From: Catajapyx aquilonaris
Taxonomy: Eukaryota
NCBI GenBank assembly: GCA_000934665.2
Contig: JYFJ02003477.1
Span: 1-41,359 of the forward strand
Reading direction: 5' to 3'
Length of the DNA stretch: 41,359 nt
Shown: in pieces, positions 40,399 through 41,359 of the stretch
How positions within the stretch are numbered: position 1 is the stretch's first letter
Layout: every line of letters starts with the position of its first letter
Position numbers and translations under genes: made by a program
The notes under the pieces: generated by a model
What the model saw: only the letters and a program-made list of their open reading frames with translations
Told to the model about the DNA's origin: nothing
Database searches by the model: none

Positions 40399-41110
40399 CA
40401 GGGTGTTTTTTAACAATTTATAGGGTTTCTGGGCACTAGTGGATTACTTTATATAGATGTGATATTATTCATTGTTGTCCGCGGTCTCTTCACCAAGAAC
40501 ATTGGGATTAATCCATTAATTATTGTTCCCCCTAAAAGGGCTCCGCCCTATCACGGGGTAAATTAAATAAATAAATAAATAAATCCATTCATTATTGTGC
40601 ATTTTCCTATATCGTGAATGACAGGCGGCGTCCCATTGCCGCAGAGAATGCCTGGTACGACTACAAAAAGAGTGCAATTTTAATTGAAATGTTGTGATAA
40701 CACCAGTAATTTGAATGAAAAATGCAAGGTTGCTTGGAGGAAAGCATGCTTGTGTTTTCAGTCCATTAGCTCGGGAGAGAGTACGCCAAAACACCAAAAT
40801 AATAACCTCTTTACATAAAGTTATTCTCTCATTTTCAAGAAGTCACCGATACGTCTGTCTGAATCATAATATGATGCTCTTGGTATAAATGATAAAAAGT
40901 GCCTCTTTTTCTCTATACGTATACTCGTAAGTTAGATTACTAACACGTTGACTTTAACTAATTGAGCAAACTCTCTTCATCGGGCCATTCCGGTGCCTGT
41001 ATGTGCCACAAAACGGAAGCAGCGTTTGCAAATTGAGTTAAAATTTGCAAACCAAATTAATTTACACTGATATGTGGAACTAACAGATTATCACATTGTG
41101 AATCTGTCAC
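40399..41110 (-). mobile_element. Degraded Tc1-superfamily element (CAGGGTG terminus at 3' end)
   Basis: TA|CAGGGTGTTTTTT at 40397-40411. The minus strand has FHIS..IN (cf. FH.SG.VN, ~41055-41080), YVK (~40810-40818) and LPEL. Confidence 0.35.
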
Positions 41111-41184
41111 AAGCATGTATTGCCGCATTCCAAAAGTAAGTACCGCATTTTAAAAAAAATCAGCAAACTTCGACATAGCCACAT

Positions 41185-41359
41185 CCCTTACCGAAATTTT
41201 CTCTACCTCGCGGCGAGGTCGTCAGACGAGCTTATGGCCACCCAACCGCATACTAGCGGTTGTTCATTTCGCTATGTCGCGGGCGAAGTCGCGGCGAGGT
41301 GGCGGTCGGCGAGGTGGTCGCAAGGTGGCGGTGGCGAGGTGGTCGCGAGGTACCCACCT
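41185..41359. repeat. GC-rich GCGAGGT(GG) motif array, probable subterminal repeats of a DNA transposon; runs off the window end
   Basis: Palindrome acctcgc-g-gcgaggt at 41205-41219, then repeated gcgaggtgg/gtcgc variants from ~41280 to the end. Preceded by a candidate terminus cccttaccgaaattttc at 41185. Confidence 0.6.

Noticed and set aside
1..41359. CRISPR array, operon, rRNA/tRNA or viral gene cluster
   Set aside because: No repeat-spacer periodicity, no gene-dense coding, and no recognisable structural RNA. Short host exons could still have been missed by eye.

Overview
Eukaryotic, moderately AT-rich genomic DNA, most likely from an arthropod or insect (inferred from the transposon families and composition). 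It reads as intronic or intergenic sequence. I cannot support any intact protein-coding gene, RNA gene, CRISPR array or prokaryotic system, and almost all listed ORFs look spurious. The interpretable content is a layered set of transposon relics. (1) Two diverged, oppositely oriented copies of a ~0.5-kb DINE-1/HINE-like non-autonomous Helentron (5721-6241 +, 30083-30593 -). (2) Two ~250-bp MITEs with 4-bp AWWT target-site duplications (Sola-like). (3) A ~145-bp TA-flanked foldback MITE and a perfect 85-bp palindrome. (4) A clear mariner transposase relic. (5) More eroded relics resembling Gypsy integrase, piggyBac, Tc1, pogo, RTE and CRE-type elements, recognised by eye from motif similarity only. 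TACAGTA/TACTGTA and TAGGCCTA are conspicuously frequent and may be excision footprints. I found no convincing previously undescribed biological system.
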